A stretch of DNA of 64,000 nucleotides, from assembly GCA_963846425.1 (NCBI GenBank), contig CAWJVW010000007.1, positions 168,649 through 232,648 on the forward strand, given 5' to 3'. The notes beneath the pieces were generated by a model that was given only the letters and a program-made list of their open reading frames with translations, was not told the DNA's origin and did no database searches. The stretch comes from an uncultured Acidobacteriota bacterium (GTDB taxonomy: Bacteria; Acidobacteriota; Vicinamibacteria; Vicinamibacterales; UBA2999). Shown here piece after piece: positions 47,062-57,327 of the stretch. Numbering within the stretch: position 1 is the stretch's first letter; each line of letters starts with the position of its first letter. A program made the translations under genes and the position numbers.

Positions 47062-48576
47062 ATGATTGCGCTGACGGGCAACGATCTGACGCTCGATCAA
47101 CTCGTCGCCATTGCCGATGACGGCGTCGAGGTCGCGCTGTCGGCGGACGCGCGGGCGCGCGTGATCGCCGCACGCAAGGTCGTGGACGAACGCGCCGAGG
47201 GCGACACCCCGGTCTACGGGATCAACACGGGCTTCGGCTCATTTGCCGAAACGCGGATCGCGCACGGGGACCTGGGACAGCTCCAGGTGAACCTGCTCCG
47301 CAGTCACGCGGCGGGCGTGGATGAGCCGCTGCCTGTTCGTGCCGTGCGCGCATCGATGGCGCTGAGGGCGAATGTACTGGCGAAGGGATTTTCGGGCATC
47401 CGTGTCGAAACCCTCGACACGCTCATCGCCGCGCTCAACCACGGCGTTCATCCGCACGTGCCCAGCCGCGGATCAGTCGGCGCCAGTGGCGATCTCGCCC
47501 CGCTTGCGCATATAGGCCTCACGTTGATCGGCGAGGGCGAGGTCTGGGACGGGCATCAGACGCAGGCGGCGGCGGCCGCGCTGAGCGCCGCGGGCATCGA
47601 GCCCGTCGTGCTCGGCCCCAAAGAAGGTCTCGCACTGATCAACGGCACACAAGTGTCGGCCGCAGTCGCCGGGCTGGCCTTGTCCGCGGCCGAACGGCTC
47701 GCGCGCGCCGCCGATGTGGCGGCCGCCTTGTCAATTGATGCGCTCCAGGGGTCCATGCATCCGTTTGAGCCGCGGATTCAGGCTGCCCGCCCGTTTGCGG
47801 GGCAGGCGGCCGTCGCGGACAATCTGTCCCGGCTGATGTCGGGCAGCGGCATCAATGCCTCGCACGTCAATTGTGGTCGGGTCCAGGATGCCTACTCCAT
47901 GCGGTGTGTGCCGCAGGTCCACGGCGCCGCGCGCGAATCGCTCACGTGGGTGCGGCACATCATCAGCACCGAAATGAACGCGGCCACCGACAATCCAATG
48001 GTGTTTGCGGACACCGGCGACATCGTGTCGGGCGGCAACTTTCATGGCGCGCCGCTGGCGATCGCCGCCGATCTGCTCGTCATCGCGATCGTTCAGCTGG
48101 CAACAATCAGCGAGCGGCGGTCTGAACGACTGGTCAACCCGGCGCTGAGCGGCCTGCCGGCCTTTCTCACCCGCCACGGGGGGTTGCAATCCGGGCTGAT
48201 GATCGCGCAGGTCACCGCCGCAGCCCTCACATCCGAAGTCAAAACGTTGGCGCACCCCGCCAGCGTGGACACGATTCCCACGTCCGCGAACAAAGAAGAT
48301 CACGTGAGCATGAGCATGGCGGCCGCGCTGAAGGCGGAACGCGCTTTGCAACTCGCGACGCACGTGATCGCTGTCGAAGTCCTCTGCGCGTGCCAGGCGC
48401 ATGATTTGCTGGCGCCGCTCGTAACGTCTGACCCGTTGACACGTGTGCACCACGCCGTGCGTGAACGCGTGCCGACACTCGCGGACGATCGTCCCCCAGC
48501 ACCCGATCTCGAGCGAATCGCTCAGATGATTCGCTCCGGTTCACTTGAGTACGCCTCCGGCGCGATTGTCAACTGA
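47062..48576 (+). CDS. hutH: histidine ammonia-lyase
   Basis: GSVGASGDLAPLAH (MIO-forming ASG). 504 aa after trimming the track ORF to MIALTG. Confidence 0.9.
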   Translation: MIALTGNDLTLDQLVAIADDGVEVALSADARARVIAARKVVDERAEGDTPVYGINTGFGSFAETRIAHGDLGQLQVNLLRSHAAGVDEPLPVRAVRASMALRANVLAKGFSGIRVETLDTLIAALNHGVHPHVPSRGSVGASGDLAPLAHIGLTLIGEGEVWDGHQTQAAAAALSAAGIEPVVLGPKEGLALINGTQVSAAVAGLALSAAERLARAADVAAALSIDALQGSMHPFEPRIQAARPFAGQAAVADNLSRLMSGSGINASHVNCGRVQDAYSMRCVPQVHGAARESLTWVRHIISTEMNAATDNPMVFADTGDIVSGGNFHGAPLAIAADLLVIAIVQLATISERRSERLVNPALSGLPAFLTRHGGLQSGLMIAQVTAAALTSEVKTLAHPASVDTIPTSANKEDHVSMSMAAALKAERALQLATHVIAVEVLCACQAHDLLAPLVTSDPLTRVHHAVRERVPTLADDRPPAPDLERIAQMIRSGSLEYASGAIVN

Positions 48577-48660
48577 ATTGTGATCGCGTTTTCATTTGAC
48601 AACGCGAGTCACGCTGCTTAGTTTCATAGCTTCGCGTTCGCCCTCCGTACGATTCCTTCG

Positions 48661-50328
48661 ATGACCACCGCCTCTCGTCTGGTCCGCGCGCCCCGCGGCA
48701 CGTCGCTGACGTGCAGAGGATGGCTCCAGGAAGCCGCGCTGCGAATGCTCATGAACAATCTCGATCCCGACGTCGCCGAACGACCAGAGGATCTCGTCGT
48801 CTACGGCGGCACCGGTCGCGCGGCGCGCAGTTGGGCCGCCTTCGATGCCATCGTCCACGAGTTGAAACGACTGGGCGACGACGAGACGTTGTTGGTGCAG
48901 TCGGGAAAACCGGTCGGGGTGTTTCGGACGCACCCGCACGCACCACGTGTGCTGATCGCCAACGCGAACCTCGTGCCGAAATGGGCGACCTGGGAGACAT
49001 TCCGCGATCTCGAAGATCGTGGGCTCACCATGTACGGCCAGATGACGGCTGGCAGTTGGATATATATCGGGACACAGGGCATTCTGCAGGGCACTTACGA
49101 AACGCTGGCAGCCCTGGGCCGCCGACACTTCGGCGGGAGCCTGGCCGGCACCCTGACCGTGACGGCCGGATTGGGCGGCATGGGCGGCGCCCAGCCGCTT
49201 GCCGTGACGATGAACGAGGGCGTCGCGCTTGTGGTCGAAGTCGATCCGACGCGCATCGAACGGCGTTTGGCGTCAGGGTACCTCGACGAGTCTACTGATG
49301 ACCTCGACACCGCGTTGGAACGCGTGCGTCGCTGGCAGCAGAATCAAGAAGCACGGTCTATTGGGCTCGTCGGCAACGCCGCCGACGTGCTGCCGGCCCT
49401 CGTCCAGCGAGGCATCACCCCTGACGTCGTGACCGATCAAACCTCCGCGCATGATGCCCTCACCGGCTATGTCCCGGATGGCTTGTCGCTGGTGGCCGCC
49501 GCCGCCCTTCGCACGTCGAACCCAGCCGAGTACGAGCGGCGGGCGATTGCCGCAATGGGCAAGCACGTGGCCGCCATGCTGACCATGAAACACCGTGGCG
49601 CCATTGCCTTCGATTACGGCAACAACATTCGCGCGCAGGCCGTCAAGGCCGGTGTCAGCGACGCGTTCTCAATCCCGGGCTTCGTTCCTGAGTACATTCG
49701 GCCGCTCTTCTGCGAAGGCAAAGGACCGTTCCGCTGGGCGGCGCTCTCCGGCGATCCGGAAGATATCTTCGTCACCGATCGCGCGGCCCTTGAAATGTTT
49801 GCTGGCGACGAGGCGCTGTGCCGGTGGATCCGCCTGGCCGGCGCGCGTGTGCAGTTCCAAGGATTGCCCGCGCGCATTTTCTGGCTTGGGTACGGCGACC
49901 GCGCGCGCTTTGGGCTCCGCATCAACGCGCTGGTTCGCAGCGGGGCGATCAAAGCGCCGATCGTCATCGGCCGTGATCATCTGGATACCGGATCGGTGGC
50001 CTCGCCCAATCGTGAAACCGAGGGCATGCGCGACGGGAGTGACGCGATCGCCGACTGGCCTATTCTCAACGCGCTCCTGAACGCGTCGGCCGGCGCCACG
50101 TGGGTCTCGGTCCACCATGGCGGCGGTGTGGGGATCGGGTACTCGATCCATGCGGGAATGGTGATCGTCGCCGACGGATCCGCTGAAGCCGATGAACGTT
50201 TGACGCGCGTGCTGACCTGCGATCCGGGAACCGGCGTCGCACGGCATGCAGACGCCGGGTATCCGGAAGCGCTTCGGACTGCCGAAGAGCGTGGTGTGCG
50301 TATTCCGATGGTGGAGACAAAACGATGA
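48661..50328 (+). CDS. hutU: urocanate hydratase
   Basis: Full-length urocanase pattern: [19 protein letters not shown] and GRDHLD. Confidence 0.95.
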   Translation: MTTASRLVRAPRGTSLTCRGWLQEAALRMLMNNLDPDVAERPEDLVVYGGTGRAARSWAAFDAIVHELKRLGDDETLLVQSGKPVGVFRTHPHAPRVLIANANLVPKWATWETFRDLEDRGLTMYGQMTAGSWIYIGTQGILQGTYETLAALGRRHFGGSLAGTLTVTAGLGGMGGAQPLAVTMNEGVALVVEVDPTRIERRLASGYLDESTDDLDTALERVRRWQQNQEARSIGLVGNAADVLPALVQRGITPDVVTDQTSAHDALTGYVPDGLSLVAAAALRTSNPAEYERRAIAAMGKHVAAMLTMKHRGAIAFDYGNNIRAQAVKAGVSDAFSIPGFVPEYIRPLFCEGKGPFRWAALSGDPEDIFVTDRAALEMFAGDEALCRWIRLAGARVQFQGLPARIFWLGYGDRARFGLRINALVRSGAIKAPIVIGRDHLDTGSVASPNRETEGMRDGSDAIADWPILNALLNASAGATWVSVHHGGGVGIGYSIHAGMVIVADGSAEADERLTRVLTCDPGTGVARHADAGYPEALRTAEERGVRIPMVETKR

Positions 50329-51461
50329 TGGGTCCTCACGCCGGGCTCGAACGGCGCGTGCTGACGGCTCTCGAAGCCACGCCGCCACGCATCCCAGTAG
50401 TGCTCGGTGGATGCGGAACGGGGCGGACCACGGCGCTACATGCGCTGGTCGATCGTCTCGGTCGTGAAGAATGTCAGTACATCGACGTCGAGCGCGCCGC
50501 GAGCACACCGGAACGTTTCCTGCGCGCCGTGACGACCTCGTCGCCATTTCCGCAGGCCGTCGCCGCCGAGGGACCGCGTTCGGCCCGAGACGCGTTCGAC
50601 CACACGCTCGTGTACTTTTCTGCCGCGCGAGCGGCTAATCGCCCCGCCACCTTCCTGTTGGATGAAGTGTTGGAACTCCGGACGTTCGAAAGCTTTCCTG
50701 GCCTTCGCCACGTGCTACGCGAGCTGGTGCAGTCGCTCTCGGACAGCGGCAATCGCTTCGTGTTGACGTCACGCTATGTTGCGCGTGCGCACCGTCTGCT
50801 GCGCGACGGCCCGGCCCGGTTCGAAGTGATCCATCTGCCGGCGCTGTCTCCCGCGGAAGTGTCCGGGATGCTCCCCTCGATGGGCGAGACGGCAAACGAG
50901 GACCGGGAGTTCATGAGCCGCACGATCCAGGCGCTGGCGGACGGCCGTGCGAGTTACGTCCACGCGATCAGCGAGGCAACCGCCGGCGCCGGTGGACGCG
51001 GCGGCGATCCCATCTCGGCGTTGACGGCGCTGCTCACGTCTGACGGCGCGCTGGCGGCGTGGTGCGCCTATCGCTACGAGCTTCGCTTGCATCGCGCGCG
51101 CGGGTACGGCGCGCTCAAAGCCATCCTCGAGATTCTGGCAGAGGAAGAGCCGTTGACGTTGACCGAGATCGCGCACCGTCTCCAGCGCACGCCCGGCTCC
51201 ACCAAGGACTATCTGTCCTGGCTTGAAGACGTCGATCTCGTCGTCTCACGCCAGAAGCGTTACAGCTTCGAGGACCCTCTGCTGCGATTGTGGGTACGCT
51301 TGCACTGCCGCCCGGTCCCGCCGGCCGTCGACGAAGTCGCGCGCGAGGTGCAGAGTTATGCGCTGACGCGCCTGCCGCAAGCCGAGCCCTCGCTCGAGAT
51401 GGTTGCCGCAGGAACCGGGGCTGCAGAACGCAAGGGATGGGGGATTATTGAGATTGACTGA
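50325..51461 (+). CDS. Arch_ATPase-like P-loop protein with a C-terminal winged helix (DUF234-like)
   Basis: GGCGTGRTT (Walker A with R in place of K), FLLDEV (Walker B) and [34 protein letters not shown] overlap with the hutU stop. Confidence 0.6.
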   Translation: MMGPHAGLERRVLTALEATPPRIPVVLGGCGTGRTTALHALVDRLGREECQYIDVERAASTPERFLRAVTTSSPFPQAVAAEGPRSARDAFDHTLVYFSAARAANRPATFLLDEVLELRTFESFPGLRHVLRELVQSLSDSGNRFVLTSRYVARAHRLLRDGPARFEVIHLPALSPAEVSGMLPSMGETANEDREFMSRTIQALADGRASYVHAISEATAGAGGRGGDPISALTALLTSDGALAAWCAYRYELRLHRARGYGALKAILEILAEEEPLTLTEIAHRLQRTPGSTKDYLSWLEDVDLVVSRQKRYSFEDPLLRLWVRLHCRPVPPAVDEVAREVQSYALTRLPQAEPSLEMVAAGTGAAERKGWGIIEID

Positions 51462-51577
51462 ATCTGGTGATCTGTTGATCTGTTGATCTGGTGATGTGTT
51501 GATCTGGTGATGTGTCGATCTGAGGGTGGCCGCTAACGGTTAGATCACCAGATCACTAGATCACCAGATCATCAGAT
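51461..51577. repeat. tandem-word inverted repeat (GATCTGKT arm / AGATCACC arm)
   Basis: Left arm AATCTGGTGATCTGTTGATCTGTTGATCTGGTGATGTGTTGATCTGGTGATGTGTCGATCTG. Right arm TAGATCACCAGATCACTAGATCACCAGATCATCAGATT. Nine GATC sites. Confidence 0.9.
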
Positions 51578-52534
51578 TCACGACGCCGCATCCCCTTCTG
51601 CCTTGAGCCCCTGCAGCGCGGCCTTCGCCGCTTCCTGTTCCGCATCCTTCTTCGTGCGCCCGACGCCCTGGGCGATCGGGCGGCCGCCGACGATCACTTC
51701 GACATGAAACATCTTGCGGTGCTCGGGGCCTGCTTCGCCGGCGACGCGGTAGTGCGGCAGCGGCCGGCCGAGTGCCTGCAGCTCCTCCTGCAAGCGGGAC
51801 TTGTGGTCGCGGCCAAAGTAGTCGGGTTGGCCTGCGGCTTCGAGAGCTTCGCCCATCTCGCGCATGATGAACTGACGCGCCGGTTCCAGGCCGCCATCCA
51901 GATACACCGCCGCGATGAGCGCCTCGCACGTGTCGGCGAGCAGCGCCTGTTTGCGCCGGCCCCCTGTCTTTTCCTCCCCGCGTCCCAAAATCATGTGATC
52001 GCCGAGTTGGAGCCGCTCGGCGACTTCTGCCAGCGACGTCGTCGACACGATCATCGCCTTGATTTTCGACTTCTGGCCTTCCGATGACTGCGGGAAGCCG
52101 CGGCAAAGCGCGTCAGCGATCACCAAGCCGAGGACCGCGTCTCCGAGAAACTCGAGCGACTCGTTGTCGATGACCCCGCCGCTCGGATCCTCGTGCGCCT
52201 TTGATTTGTGGGTAAGTGCGTGCTCGAGCAGCCCGCGATCGCGGAAGCGGTAGCCGAGACGCAATTCGAGGGCATCAAACTGCTGCGGCAGTGGCACTAC
52301 GAGGCCGCTGCCGACCTCTTCGCGATGGCTCTCGATGATGCGGACGGCTTCCGCGGCGTCGTCCTCGCGCACGGAGACGCGTGTCTCGCCCATCGGATTG
52401 ACCGTGAAGGGGAACAGCGACGCCGGCGGCCCTGATGTGCGTACAGACTCGATGCCATGGCTGTCGAGCAGCGCCTGCACGACGCTCGCTTCGATATTCG
52501 ACGCCGTCCGGAAGATGACGGTCAGTTCGGGCAT
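51578..52534 (-). CDS. rnc: ribonuclease III with an N-terminal DUF2007-like extension
   Basis: NESLEFLGDAVLGLVIADAL RNase III signature and a C-terminal dsRBD. About 85 extra N-terminal aa (VIFRTASNIEASVVQALLDSHGIES...EDDAAEAVRIIE). Confidence 0.85.
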   Translation of the reverse strand: MPELTVIFRTASNIEASVVQALLDSHGIESVRTSGPPASLFPFTVNPMGETRVSVREDDAAEAVRIIESHREEVGSGLVVPLPQQFDALELRLGYRFRDRGLLEHALTHKSKAHEDPSGGVIDNESLEFLGDAVLGLVIADALCRGFPQSSEGQKSKIKAMIVSTTSLAEVAERLQLGDHMILGRGEEKTGGRRKQALLADTCEALIAAVYLDGGLEPARQFIMREMGEALEAAGQPDYFGRDHKSRLQEELQALGRPLPHYRVAGEAGPEHRKMFHVEVIVGGRPIAQGVGRTKKDAEQEAAKAALQGLKAEGDAAS

Positions 52535-54708
52535 GGCTCAACGGAGGGGGGCTCGCCAAGCCCTCCTACTTCCAGGGGCGATTCGAGAATCGCCCCCACG
52601 CGTAACAGCACCATCGTCATATCGTCGTGCTGATCGGCCTCGCCTGCAAAGGCGCGCAGATCGGCGAAGAGAAACGCCCGCAACTGGTCGAAAGGCAAGT
52701 GGGAATACTGTTCGAGCACCTTGGCCAACCGCGGCTCGCCGTAGCAGTCGAATGCGTCGTTCATCGTCTCACTGATGCCGTCCGTGAAGAACACAATCAA
52801 ATCATCGGTCCCGAGCGCCACGGTCTCTTCCTGAATCATGGCATCGAACATTTCCCCGTTGTCGATCTTGAGGCCGAGGACCAGCCCGTCCGGAGCATGC
52901 ACCTCTGATTTGCGTAATCCGGCCGGCGATCTGCCGGGCACGCGGATGAGCGGACAATGACCGGCGCGGGCCATCACCATCTCGCGCCGCTCGAGATCGA
53001 TGACGGCATACGTCATGGTGATGAAGCTTTTCGAGTCGATGTTGTCGGCCACCACGCGGTTGATCGCTTTCAGGAAATCTCGGGGCGACGGATGGCTCCG
53101 GGCGAGCGACTGGAACAGTACTTTCAGTTGCGCCATGTAGAGTCCGGCCGGGAGCCCTTTGCCCGAGACATCTGCGATGAGCACACCCAATTTCGTCGCC
53201 GAGATCCGCACAAAGTCGTAGTAATCCCCCGCCACCTCGCGCGCAGGTTCGCAGAACGCCATGATGGACAGTCCGGGGATGCTGAGCGGGCCCGACGGCA
53301 GGAGCTTCTGCTGAATGTCTCTGGCGGCGAGCATCTCCTGCTCCATTCGGGCTTTCTCGGCGTTCTCCTTGAGGAGTTTCGTAATTTCGCCCGTCATGAC
53401 ATTGAACGAATCCGCGAGCTCGCCCAGCTGGTCGCGGGCCCGTACCGGAATCTGGTGTGTGAAGTCCCGGTTCCGCAGATGCTCGGTGCCCGTGAAGAGG
53501 TCGTGCACAGCTCCAGTAATCTGTCGCGCCAGCGCAAAGCCAATCACCAGGGCGACGAACTGAATCGTGAGAAACAACACGCCCAGGAACGCCAGCATCA
53601 GCAGCAGAAACTGACCGAGCTGTCGGCCGGTCGAGAGCGCCGTCATGCGATCGTAAATCTCGCGGACGTTCAGTTGAATGCCGACGGTCGCAAAATTGGT
53701 GGCGCCGGTCTCCCAGTGATTGACGTCGAGAAATACGACCCATCCCTCACCCAGCGGCAATGCCGTGTCGGGTTCCTGCCGCGGCCTGGTGTCGAGCAAA
53801 CGGCCGCGAGGCGTGACGACCGCGGCGTTGGAGTACGGGAGGGCCGTGGCGTCGCCCAACCGAATCCCGGTTTCCGCCCGCAACCGCTCTTCGATCGCCG
53901 CGGTGAAGGGCACATCGACGATGACCGCCCATCGCGGCGCCTTGCTTTGAGGAATGGTCACAGCGCGCATGACCAGGCGCGTTTCGAGCCCATTTTCTCC
54001 GGCACCCTCGTAGGCGAGCAAGCCTGCAAAGCCGTCGCATGAAACCCAGGGTGGCAGCCGCTCGGGCGCTTCCAAATGTTCCCAGGGGCCGATCGTCATC
54101 GGGCGCACGGCCGGTGTGACTGTGGGAGGGTTGGCCGGGCACGTCAGCGCCTCGGCGGGGACGATCGCAATGGAGGTGAACGGATAACGCTCGGCGGCCG
54201 CCCTCTGACGCTGCATGAGCGTACGGCGCAACGTTGCTGTCGGGTCGCCATGCGCCGCTTCGAGCGCCACCGACTGCGACAGAAAGCCCGCCTGGTCGAT
54301 TACCGATCGTACGCGTGACTGCAGGAGGTAAGTGCTGACGTTGAAAAACAGAATCAGCCCCGCGATGAGGAAAAACGAAATGATTAGCAGGCCGGGCACG
54401 AGGCCGACGAAGATGTACGAAAGGATCAGCTTCCGGCGCACACGCCATAAGAGGCGTCGCTTGGCCCAGATCACGCCGCGGGCGATGCTGTACCCGCCCG
54501 CAAAGATCAAGGCGAGGCTTCCGACCGCGTCTACGGCTTCGAGCGTCGTCCACGTCGCAGGCGCGATCAATCCGATCATCGCGGCGACGACCTTGATGGC
54601 GATGCCGATCAGCGCGGCGCGGCCGGGGATGCTTTTCAGCAGCCAGCGCCTCCATGACTGCGCGCGGGTGGGCGTGTCACCGGGCAGCAGCCGACGGGTG
54701 AAGGTCAT
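52522..54708 (-). CDS. membrane-bound HAMP-domain PP2C (SpoIIE/RsbU-type) protein phosphatase
   Basis: TM helices, HAMP segment, GDYYDF, DVSGKG and FTDG motifs. Confidence 0.85.
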   Translation of the reverse strand: MTFTRRLLPGDTPTRAQSWRRWLLKSIPGRAALIGIAIKVVAAMIGLIAPATWTTLEAVDAVGSLALIFAGGYSIARGVIWAKRRLLWRVRRKLILSYIFVGLVPGLLIISFFLIAGLILFFNVSTYLLQSRVRSVIDQAGFLSQSVALEAAHGDPTATLRRTLMQRQRAAAERYPFTSIAIVPAEALTCPANPPTVTPAVRPMTIGPWEHLEAPERLPPWVSCDGFAGLLAYEGAGENGLETRLVMRAVTIPQSKAPRWAVIVDVPFTAAIEERLRAETGIRLGDATALPYSNAAVVTPRGRLLDTRPRQEPDTALPLGEGWVVFLDVNHWETGATNFATVGIQLNVREIYDRMTALSTGRQLGQFLLLMLAFLGVLFLTIQFVALVIGFALARQITGAVHDLFTGTEHLRNRDFTHQIPVRARDQLGELADSFNVMTGEITKLLKENAEKARMEQEMLAARDIQQKLLPSGPLSIPGLSIMAFCEPAREVAGDYYDFVRISATKLGVLIADVSGKGLPAGLYMAQLKVLFQSLARSHPSPRDFLKAINRVVADNIDSKSFITMTYAVIDLERREMVMARAGHCPLIRVPGRSPAGLRKSEVHAPDGLVLGLKIDNGEMFDAMIQEETVALGTDDLIVFFTDGISETMNDAFDCYGEPRLAKVLEQYSHLPFDQLRAFLFADLRAFAGEADQHDDMTMVLLRVGAILESPLEVGGLGEPPSVEPCPN

Positions 54709-54781
54709 TTAGTGAGGCAGGGCGTTCATATTGACCGGATCGATTGCCCGCAAAATGATATCAGAGTAAAAGGAACCCACC

Positions 54782-55933
54782 GTGAAACTCAACGACACTG
54801 CACGCTTCAATACGATTTGCATCCACGCCGGCCAGACACCGGATCCGTCCACCGGCGCCATCATCACGCCGATTTATCAAACATCAACGTATGTGCAGGA
54901 GGGTCTCGGGCAGCACAAGGGATTCGAGTACGGGCGCACGCAAAATCCCACGCGGATGGCGCTCGAGGCCAACGTTGCCGCCATGGAATCCGGGGTGGCC
55001 GCATTTGCCTTCGCGTCGGGCATGGCTGCCATCGACGCACTCCTGACCCGTCTGGAATCCGGGGATCACCTCGTGGTGAGCGACAACACGTACGGGGGAA
55101 CGTTTCGGCTCTTCGAGCGGGTCCGCCGAAAGTTCGGGCTTGACTTTACGTACGTGGATACGTCGCAGCTCGAGCTGATCGAACCGGCGATCTCCACGAA
55201 GACAAAGTATCTCTTCATCGAAACGCCCACGAACCCGATGCTGCGGATTACCGACCTTGGTGCTGCAAGCGCCATCGCGCATCGCAACGGCGTGCGCGTC
55301 ATTGTCGACAACACGTTCGCGAGCCCGTACATCCAGCGGCCGCTCGAGCTGGGCGCGGACATCGTGACCCACAGCACCACGAAATTCCTCAACGGTCACA
55401 GTGACAGCGTCGGGGGCATCGTCGTCCTGAAGCATCAGGATGATGTGGAGTGGATGAAATTTGTCCAGAACGCCGCAGGCGCGATCCTCGGACCGATGGA
55501 TTCCTGGCTGGTCCTGCGCGGCACCAAGACGCTGCCGATTCGGATCGAACGTACCAACGACAACGCGCAGGCGATTGCAGAACATCTCGCGAAGCATTCC
55601 AAGGTCAAGTCGGTGATCTATCCGGGTCTCAAGGACCACCCACACTACGCCCTGGCCAAGAAGCAGATGCGAGGGTTTGGCGGGCTCATCACGTTTGACG
55701 TCGGGTCCCTGAGCGCTGCCAAGGAGATCTTGCCGCGCTTCCGGTTGATGTCGCTGGCCGAGAGCCTCGGCGGCGTCGAAACGCTAATCTCGCATCCCGC
55801 AATCATGACTCATGCTTCGGTGCCTCCCGACCGCCGTGGCGCCATTGGCATCACGGATGGCATGATCCGGATTTCGGTGGGCATCGAGGACGTGGAGGAT
55901 TTGAAGGACGACCTCGATCAGGCCTTGCACTGA
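54782..55933 (+). CDS. Cys/Met-metabolism PLP enzyme (cystathionine gamma-synthase/lyase family)
   Basis: YGRTQNPT, HSTTKFLNGHSD (PLP lysine) and ISVGIED. GTG start. Confidence 0.85.
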   Translation: MKLNDTARFNTICIHAGQTPDPSTGAIITPIYQTSTYVQEGLGQHKGFEYGRTQNPTRMALEANVAAMESGVAAFAFASGMAAIDALLTRLESGDHLVVSDNTYGGTFRLFERVRRKFGLDFTYVDTSQLELIEPAISTKTKYLFIETPTNPMLRITDLGAASAIAHRNGVRVIVDNTFASPYIQRPLELGADIVTHSTTKFLNGHSDSVGGIVVLKHQDDVEWMKFVQNAAGAILGPMDSWLVLRGTKTLPIRIERTNDNAQAIAEHLAKHSKVKSVIYPGLKDHPHYALAKKQMRGFGGLITFDVGSLSAAKEILPRFRLMSLAESLGGVETLISHPAIMTHASVPPDRRGAIGITDGMIRISVGIEDVEDLKDDLDQALH

Positions 55934-55943
55934 TGTAACGAAC

Positions 55944-56270
55944 CTAGTAGTTCACCGAATCTCTCAGCCACTCCAAATACTTCGCTCCGCCGTCGGTAAT
56001 GGGCAGCACCAGGATTTCTGGGACGTCGTAGGGGTGGAGCTCGGCCAGTCGCGTCTTGAGAAGATCGACGCTCGCGCTGGTGGTTTTGATGAGGAGTTGA
56101 CGCTCGAGGGAACGCTCGACCTTCCCTTCCCAGCGGTACATCGAGGTCATCGGCGGCAGCAGATTCACGCATGCAGCCAGCCGCTCGTCGACCAGCGTCC
56201 GAGCCAGCGCATCGGCATCGCCGTCGGCAGGGAACGTACTCAGAACGATCGCAAAAGAGGACGGTGTCAT
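55944..56270 (-). CDS. cutA: divalent-cation tolerance protein CutA
   Basis: LAACVNL.P.MTSMYRWEGKV...HPYDVPEI pattern. 108 aa. Confidence 0.85.
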   Translation of the reverse strand: MTPSSFAIVLSTFPADGDADALARTLVDERLAACVNLLPPMTSMYRWEGKVERSLERQLLIKTTSASVDLLKTRLAELHPYDVPEILVLPITDGGAKYLEWLRDSVNY

Positions 56271-56340
56271 GGGATTTTCACCTGTACTCTGTGAAAAGTA
56301 GTTGTACTCTCACACGAATTTCGGTAACCTATTGATCCAG

Positions 56341-56403
56341 CGGGACTAACCAGCCTACGCCAAGGCTTCGGCGGTCCGCCCTAGCTTTAGCGAAGGCGGA
56401 AGT
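56341..56403 (+). repeat. 62-nt GC-block element, copy B
   Basis: Same orientation and sequence as 17902-17964 (4 mismatches). Ends 24 nt before the ftsB-like ATG. Confidence 0.85.
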
Positions 56404-56427
56404 CACGCTCTACCAGCGATTCGAACG

Positions 56428-56778
56428 ATGAGCGACGCGCCCACACGGAAACCCGCCGATTTACCCGCACGGGGGTCGATGACCCGGCGCAGCCGTCGTC
56501 TCGTCCGCTACCTGCTGGGCTTCGTGGCGGTTGTTCTGTTCGTGGACGCTATTGTCGGCGACAAGGGGCTCCTGTCGCTCATCAAAGCCCGACGCGATTA
56601 CGAAGCGGTCGGGCAGGCGCTCCAGCGAGCGCGGCGCGACAACGAAGAAGCGCGCGAACAGGCGCGTCGCCTCCGTGAGGACCCCACCGCAATCGAAGAG
56701 ATCGCCCGCCGTGAGCTCGGCTTGATCAAGCCGGGCGAAACGCTTTTCATCATCAAAGACGTTCAGCCGAAAAAGTAA
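56428..56778 (+). CDS. ftsB: septum formation initiator (FtsB/DivIC) family protein
   Basis: Single TM helix, then a coiled coil and the conserved ARRELGLIKPGE motif. Confidence 0.75.
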   Translation: MSDAPTRKPADLPARGSMTRRSRRLVRYLLGFVAVVLFVDAIVGDKGLLSLIKARRDYEAVGQALQRARRDNEEAREQARRLREDPTAIEEIARRELGLIKPGETLFIIKDVQPKK

Positions 56779-56872
56779 GCAGGTGCCGCAGGTGCCGCGG
56801 GTGCGGCAGCCGCGTCGCGTTATGATTCCGGGGGCCTGGGACCTGATGCCTGAGGCCTGACTTGGAGGACTC

Positions 56873-57301
56873 ATGGCGGTTCATAGCGCGAGTGCGGAGT
56901 GGGCGGGGTCGTTGAAGGAAGGCGCAGGGAAGATGCGCTTGGGCAGCGGCGCCTTCGAAGGGCCGTATTCCTTTGTCTCTCGGTTTGAAACAGGTCCAGG
57001 AACGAATCCGGAAGAATTGATCGGCGCGGCGCACGCCGGCTGTTTCTCCATGGCCCTGGCAGCCGCGCTTGGCCGTGCGGGACACACCCCCACGAGCATC
57101 AAGACGTCCGCGAAGGTCCACCTGGGCGCGACCGACGCCGGTCCGACCATCACGCAGATCGATCTCGATGTCGTTGGTGAGGTGCCCGGCATCGATGCTT
57201 CAACCTTTCAACAGTACGCTGAAGGCGCCAAGAAGGGATGCGTCGTGTCCCGCGCGTTGGCCGGCGTGCAGACCGTCACGCTGAACGCCACCCTCAAGTA
57301 G
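56873..57301 (+). CDS. osmC: OsmC family peroxiredoxin
   Basis: TNPEELIGAAHAGCFSMAL and KGCVVSRAL (two-Cys OsmC pattern). Confidence 0.85.
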   Translation: MAVHSASAEWAGSLKEGAGKMRLGSGAFEGPYSFVSRFETGPGTNPEELIGAAHAGCFSMALAAALGRAGHTPTSIKTSAKVHLGATDAGPTITQIDLDVVGEVPGIDASTFQQYAEGAKKGCVVSRALAGVQTVTLNATLK

Positions 57302-57327
57302 TCCGCGACCTCAGTCGCGGCGCGTCT

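Noticed and set aside
51461-51577. Possible CRISPR array, suggested by the short repeats at 51461-51577, 58098-58264 and 40496-40663.
   Set aside because: The units are 7-16 nt and directly abut each other without unique spacers. The second half of each locus is the reverse complement of the first. No cas genes are present in the window.
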